Source: Promethearchaeota archaeon (lineage in GTDB: Archaea; Asgardarchaeota; Lokiarchaeia; Sigyniarchaeales; SOKP01). From it: DNA of 42,570 nt. The notes beneath the pieces were generated by a model. The model was not told the origin of the DNA. It worked only from the letters and a program-made list of their open reading frames with translations, and ran no database searches. The stretch's first letter is position 1; each line of letters opens with the position of its first letter. The DNA is taken from assembly GCA_008080735.1 (NCBI GenBank), contig SHMW01000029.1:1-42570 (forward strand), written 5' to 3'. The translations under genes and the position numbers were made by a program. This document shows positions 38,617 through 42,570 of this stretch, one piece after another.

Positions 38617-39297
38617 ATGAAAATATACATCTTCGAACCTCATCCAGACGATTTATTATTTGGACCGGGCCCTATTTTGTTAGATTGGATCAATGAGGGT
38701 CATGAAATACATGTCATCACCATAACGGATGGAAGAGCGTGCTATCGCTCCGGGCAAGATATATACTCTGATGATGTTGCTGGGATGACGGAGGACGATG
38801 TGGCTGAAATGAGGATAAATGAAGCGAAACAAGCCATAGAGTTTCTTGGAATTCCACAGAATCATCATCATCTGCTAAGATTTCACGATGCAGATGGTCA
38901 AAAATATGTTCCAGAAGCGATTGAAAAAGTCAAACCTCTTATAAAAGACGCCGAACGACTTGTGTTTCCCAGTGATAATAATAGCCATGTAGATCATCAA
39001 GCTACGCACGATATTGCCGTTAACGCTGCAAAAGCATTGAAATTAAAGGATGCGGAATATTTTATTTATGCGATACCATCTTATGTAAGGTTTAGTGAGG
39101 ACTCCATCAAAAAACAGTTTAATATAAAAATAGGAGAGGAAAAAGCAAAACAGTTAATGGAATGGTATCAGATTTATAAATCCCAACAGAAAATTAAGTT
39201 TACTAATAAAATGTATCTGAGCTTTCTTAGAAATGTTAGAGAACGTACTTATGCTATATTCAATTACGATGATATAGGGAAATATAAAAATTTTTAA
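38617..39297 (+). CDS. PIG-L/LmbE family deacetylase
   Basis: PHPDD, TDG, R..EA, HVDH, YKSQ. Confidence 0.88.
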   Translation: MKIYIFEPHPDDLLFGPGPILLDWINEGHEIHVITITDGRACYRSGQDIYSDDVAGMTEDDVAEMRINEAKQAIEFLGIPQNHHHLLRFHDADGQKYVPEAIEKVKPLIKDAERLVFPSDNNSHVDHQATHDIAVNAAKALKLKDAEYFIYAIPSYVRFSEDSIKKQFNIKIGEEKAKQLMEWYQIYKSQQKIKFTNKMYLSFLRNVRERTYAIFNYDDIGKYKNF

Positions 39298-39345
39298 CTA
39301 ATAGATTTCTTGAAAATCTTAATTTTACTTTAAGAAAATTTGAAA

Positions 39346-41010
39346 TTAATTTTCTTCCTTTAATTTCTTTGAATAAAGTGTACTTAGTCTGACAAGGTCA
39401 TTGAGATCTTCTTCGCAGCCTTCCAAAATGCTATAACACAATTTTATTATTTTCAAAAACTTTAGAGTGATTTCTCTTTTAAACTTATTTCTTGAGTTCC
39501 ATGTGTTGTAGTTTTCAATATTTAATTGTCCTTCATTACATAATATATTCACAATTTTATTAAGATCTAAGAAAACGAAATACTCTTTTAGATTAAATAT
39601 AGTTATTCTACGTTTATCTTGTTCAGTTAGGTTTTGATCAGAATTGAGAAGGAATTTAATTCTTTCAACATTAACCCAATCATCTTCTCGTAATAAAACT
39701 ATAATTAAATATCTACTTTCGGAATGATAATTTTTATGAAATTTATCAATTATTACACTTGGTGTTAATGAAAAAGTAAAATCAATAGTAATAAATCTGA
39801 TTTCTTTGGGAAAAACTATTAATTCCTGATTTGCTTCGATATACTTTTTAAAATTTAATTCTACGTGGATAAACAGATCGGATCTTCTATCATTAGAAAG
39901 TACATCCTCATGATTAATTGAACAATTGAAAAAACGAAAATAATTAATACTAAAATATTCGAGAAGAGGATGAGCCAATAAGCCAACAGCCTTAACCAAG
40001 TCTCCACAGAAGGGACACCAACTACCAGATGGATTACATCTATTTGGAACAATACTCGTTTTCGCTGCCCACCATTTATGACCCACTTCACATTCAATTA
40101 GGAAATAAGGAACTCTATTATTTTTTTCTCCCTTATATCTCCACTCCGATCGCAGTATTTTTCCTCCCTTTTTCTTGACTATTGGTTCAATATCGGTTTG
40201 ATGTTGTTGTAAATCTTTACGAAAACATGTTGGACACCAAGATCCGCTTTTAATATTATCTTTGTGCGACCACCAATCGTGAGCTTCCTCACATTTGATC
40301 AAGAAATACGGTTTTTTATGATTATTCGCGCCCGTAAATCTCCACTCTGCTTGCATAATTTCGCCTCCCTTATTCCTCACTATAGGTTCAATTTCTTTTC
40401 TATGATCATCTAAATCCATATTAAGACATGACTGGCACCATGATCCTTTCTTAATATTCCCTTTAAGTGCCCACCACTTATGTCCTTTATCGCACTCAAT
40501 TTGAAAGTAAGGGCGCTTTCTCCTTCCATTTCGTCTCCATTCTTCTTGTATAATTTTACCCTCCTTATTCCTCACTATAGGTTCAATATCCTTTTTATGA
40601 TCATCTAAAGTTTTATTGGTGTTAAAATCAAATTTACAATTATATTCCTCCTCTAATTGGGTATAAATCCTCTTAAGAATATGATAAGTTAAACCAGAAG
40701 CATCCATAACTTCCTTAAGCTGATCAAAATTATACTCAGGGCTCAATAAATAATAAATCCCCTTGTAATGTTTAATGACATGTTTAATATTATAATCAGT
40801 GAGAGGATAACCAGCATTTCTTAAAACTTTACTAATAATATTATCTTTATTATTTTCTAATTCTGATAAAGTATAATTGTCCCCTAAAAATACATTATAG
40901 CATTCATCAATTATTAATTTCGAGCCATCTCTTCTTATTATATTTACATCTCTTTTGATATCCGTTTTCTGCCCTTTTTTAACAACTTTAACTCTTTTTT
41001 TGCTACCCAT
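39346..41010 (-). CDS. Protein with three Zn-ribbon repeats (C-x3-H-x-W...GSWC-xx-C) and a C-terminal PD-(D/E)XK-like domain
   Basis: CDKGHKWW..GSWCQSC, CEEAHDWW..GSWCPTC, CEVGHKWW..GSWCPFC; RSDLFI...IDFT. Confidence 0.7.
   Translation of the reverse strand: MGSKKRVKVVKKGQKTDIKRDVNIIRRDGSKLIIDECYNVFLGDNYTLSELENNKDNIISKVLRNAGYPLTDYNIKHVIKHYKGIYYLLSPEYNFDQLKEVMDASGLTYHILKRIYTQLEEEYNCKFDFNTNKTLDDHKKDIEPIVRNKEGKIIQEEWRRNGRRKRPYFQIECDKGHKWWALKGNIKKGSWCQSCLNMDLDDHRKEIEPIVRNKGGEIMQAEWRFTGANNHKKPYFLIKCEEAHDWWSHKDNIKSGSWCPTCFRKDLQQHQTDIEPIVKKKGGKILRSEWRYKGEKNNRVPYFLIECEVGHKWWAAKTSIVPNRCNPSGSWCPFCGDLVKAVGLLAHPLLEYFSINYFRFFNCSINHEDVLSNDRRSDLFIHVELNFKKYIEANQELIVFPKEIRFITIDFTFSLTPSVIIDKFHKNYHSESRYLIIVLLREDDWVNVERIKFLLNSDQNLTEQDKRRITIFNLKEYFVFLDLNKIVNILCNEGQLNIENYNTWNSRNKFKREITLKFLKIIKLCYSILEGCEEDLNDLVRLSTLYSKKLKEEN
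40368..40609. repeat. Intragenic direct repeat, 195-bp period
   Basis: CCTTATTCCTCACTATAGGTTCAAT is identical at 40368-40392 and 40563-40587; TATGATCATCTAAA at 40401 and 40596. Confidence 0.8.
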
Positions 41011-41259
41011 TTTTTTAACACTTATTCAATTTTATTTTCAATCAAATTTTACAGACACTTCAAAATCCTGTAAACCCCAGTAAACGCTCGTGAACGATAA
41101 ATTCTCATCGGAAAAAAATAATGTAATATATTTTTTTTCTAATCTTATAAAAATCCTACCGATATCTTTTAAATGGAAAGTTCCATGCTTTATATATAGA
41201 TTTTACATATTTAAATTTTTAGATTGCAATAATTTACAAAATTTCTTAATATGTATTAA

Positions 41260-42546
41260 TTAAAACAAGGGAATCCGAGATTGGGATATCTCCTCGATTC
41301 TTTTTGAATTCTCTTTTTTAAGGATGTTCTGGTATCTCTCGAGGGCTTTCTCTATATCTTTCCAGACTTTAGTTAGTCCTTTATCTTTAAAGAGCAAATT
41401 ATTATTTTTAAAAAAAACAAAATCATTATAGAATTCATTGATAAGTTCATTTGCTTGAGACGGTTTGTAGCGTTTTTCTCGTGAAAGAATGGTATAATAA
41501 AACCGAAACATTTCTCTTGCTAGTGCTCTTGCTAATCGATCCTTGAGTTTCGTTGTTATTTTTGTGCTTTTAATAGGCTTAGAGTTTTCGAAAAAAATCT
41601 CCTCATCCACTTCAATTAATCTCACAATCTTCGTGTTCAGCATACTTTGCACTATACCTGCTTTTTCCGCGATCTCGATTAAAGGCATCTTATCTCGTAA
41701 ATCTAAGACATTCACAAAGGAAGCGAAGCACGTCGCCGCTAAGAGATTAGTGTCTGTACTCATATGCATAAATGTCGATTTCATGATCATATGAGAAAGG
41801 TCTTCGATTTTATCGACAAACTCACGATCTACACCTCTCTGTTCTAATACGCTTCCCAGAATCCGTATACGCTGAACCCCCAGATACAGATAGATGATTT
41901 GATAACTTAAATTATAGAGTGAACGCACCCGTTCCTTTTGAAGCTTAGTTTTTTCTAAAAAAAGTTTATCGAAAAAATATGTTTCCTCGTTTATAAGCGG
42001 ACTTGTCTTAAACTCGTACTTAAACACATTAAATAACGCAAGATTAGTCATCATTTCCCGAATAAACTCTTCCGATCGTGGAATATCATATTTTTCTGTG
42101 AAAATATCTGTAAAGGTTTTAAATACCGCAAAGAAATAATAGGATCTCACAACTATATTCTCGAACGTATCAATAAAATTTTCATTTGACAATAATCGAA
42201 GTTCCGTTAATTTTTTTTGGATTGATTGCACCTCTTTCTCACTAAGATCGTCTATTCTCTTAGATTCTAATTCTGAACTATAATCACGCAGAAATTCTCT
42301 ATAACCCTTATCCCACTGTTCGTCTAACTCTTTTTTTAATATGTTTAACGAAGGGTTTATTGTAAAGTCCAAATCTCTACTCAGTAAAATATCGCACGGC
42401 TTCTTCAAGAAGATAAGCTTCACTTTTCCACCATAAATCGTTCTCACTAATCTTGCATCTTTGGAAAAATCAAATTTTTCTAATTCAATCTCCTTAATGG
42501 TTAAATTATTTAAATTTTCTCTTTTTGGTTTTTTCTCAACTTTCAA
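41260..42546 (-). CDS. Hypothetical protein with a TFIIB/cyclin-box-like segment
   Basis: TNLLAATCF...PLIEIAEKAGIVQSMLNTKI resembles the TFB C-terminal repeat HTH; the start is near the window edge and uncertain. Confidence 0.55.
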   Translation of the reverse strand: MKVEKKPKRENLNNLTIKEIELEKFDFSKDARLVRTIYGGKVKLIFLKKPCDILLSRDLDFTINPSLNILKKELDEQWDKGYREFLRDYSSELESKRIDDLSEKEVQSIQKKLTELRLLSNENFIDTFENIVVRSYYFFAVFKTFTDIFTEKYDIPRSEEFIREMMTNLALFNVFKYEFKTSPLINEETYFFDKLFLEKTKLQKERVRSLYNLSYQIIYLYLGVQRIRILGSVLEQRGVDREFVDKIEDLSHMIMKSTFMHMSTDTNLLAATCFASFVNVLDLRDKMPLIEIAEKAGIVQSMLNTKIVRLIEVDEEIFFENSKPIKSTKITTKLKDRLARALAREMFRFYYTILSREKRYKPSQANELINEFYNDFVFFKNNNLLFKDKGLTKVWKDIEKALERYQNILKKENSKRIEEISQSRIPLF

Positions 42547-42570
42547 TGTTTTATGGGTTTTCAGGTATTT

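Noticed and set aside
40005-40610. Direct repeats as a possible CRISPR array
   Set aside because: The 195-bp period is in frame and encodes protein repeats; no cas genes are present.
942-41794. Many 60-110 aa ORFs nested within or antisense to long genes
   Set aside because: They are fully overlapped by well-supported CDSs and have no motifs.

Overview
AT-rich archaeal chromosomal segment. Gene content and style suggest an Asgard archaeon (Lokiarchaeia-like); this is an inference, not a database result. There are about 33 protein-coding genes and no rRNA, tRNA, CRISPR array or intact transposase that I can see. The most notable element is the operon at about 412-5023. It encodes a winged-HTH DNA-binding domain fused to a partly degenerate HdrA flavo-iron-sulfur protein with a C-terminal MvhD domain, an MvhG-like small subunit, and a [NiFe]-hydrogenase large subunit that ends exactly at DPCxxCxxH with no maturation tail. 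No hdrBC genes are present in the window, and palindromes lie in the upstream promoter region. Together this suggests a candidate H2/redox-sensing transcription-regulatory hydrogenase complex. Other notable items: a CorA-like 2-TM protein fused to a Nudix hydrolase; a 700-aa protein resembling a mu-homology (adaptor) domain plus Ig-like repeats and a Vps28-CTD-like bundle; a GldG/IFT52-like plus ribbon-helix-helix fusion; several genes that appear to start at non-canonical codons (ACG, ATT, ATC); an unannotated PIN/VapC remnant; and a Zn-ribbon-repeat nuclease-like protein. The rest is housekeeping, repair, tRNA modification and lipid/carbohydrate catabolism.
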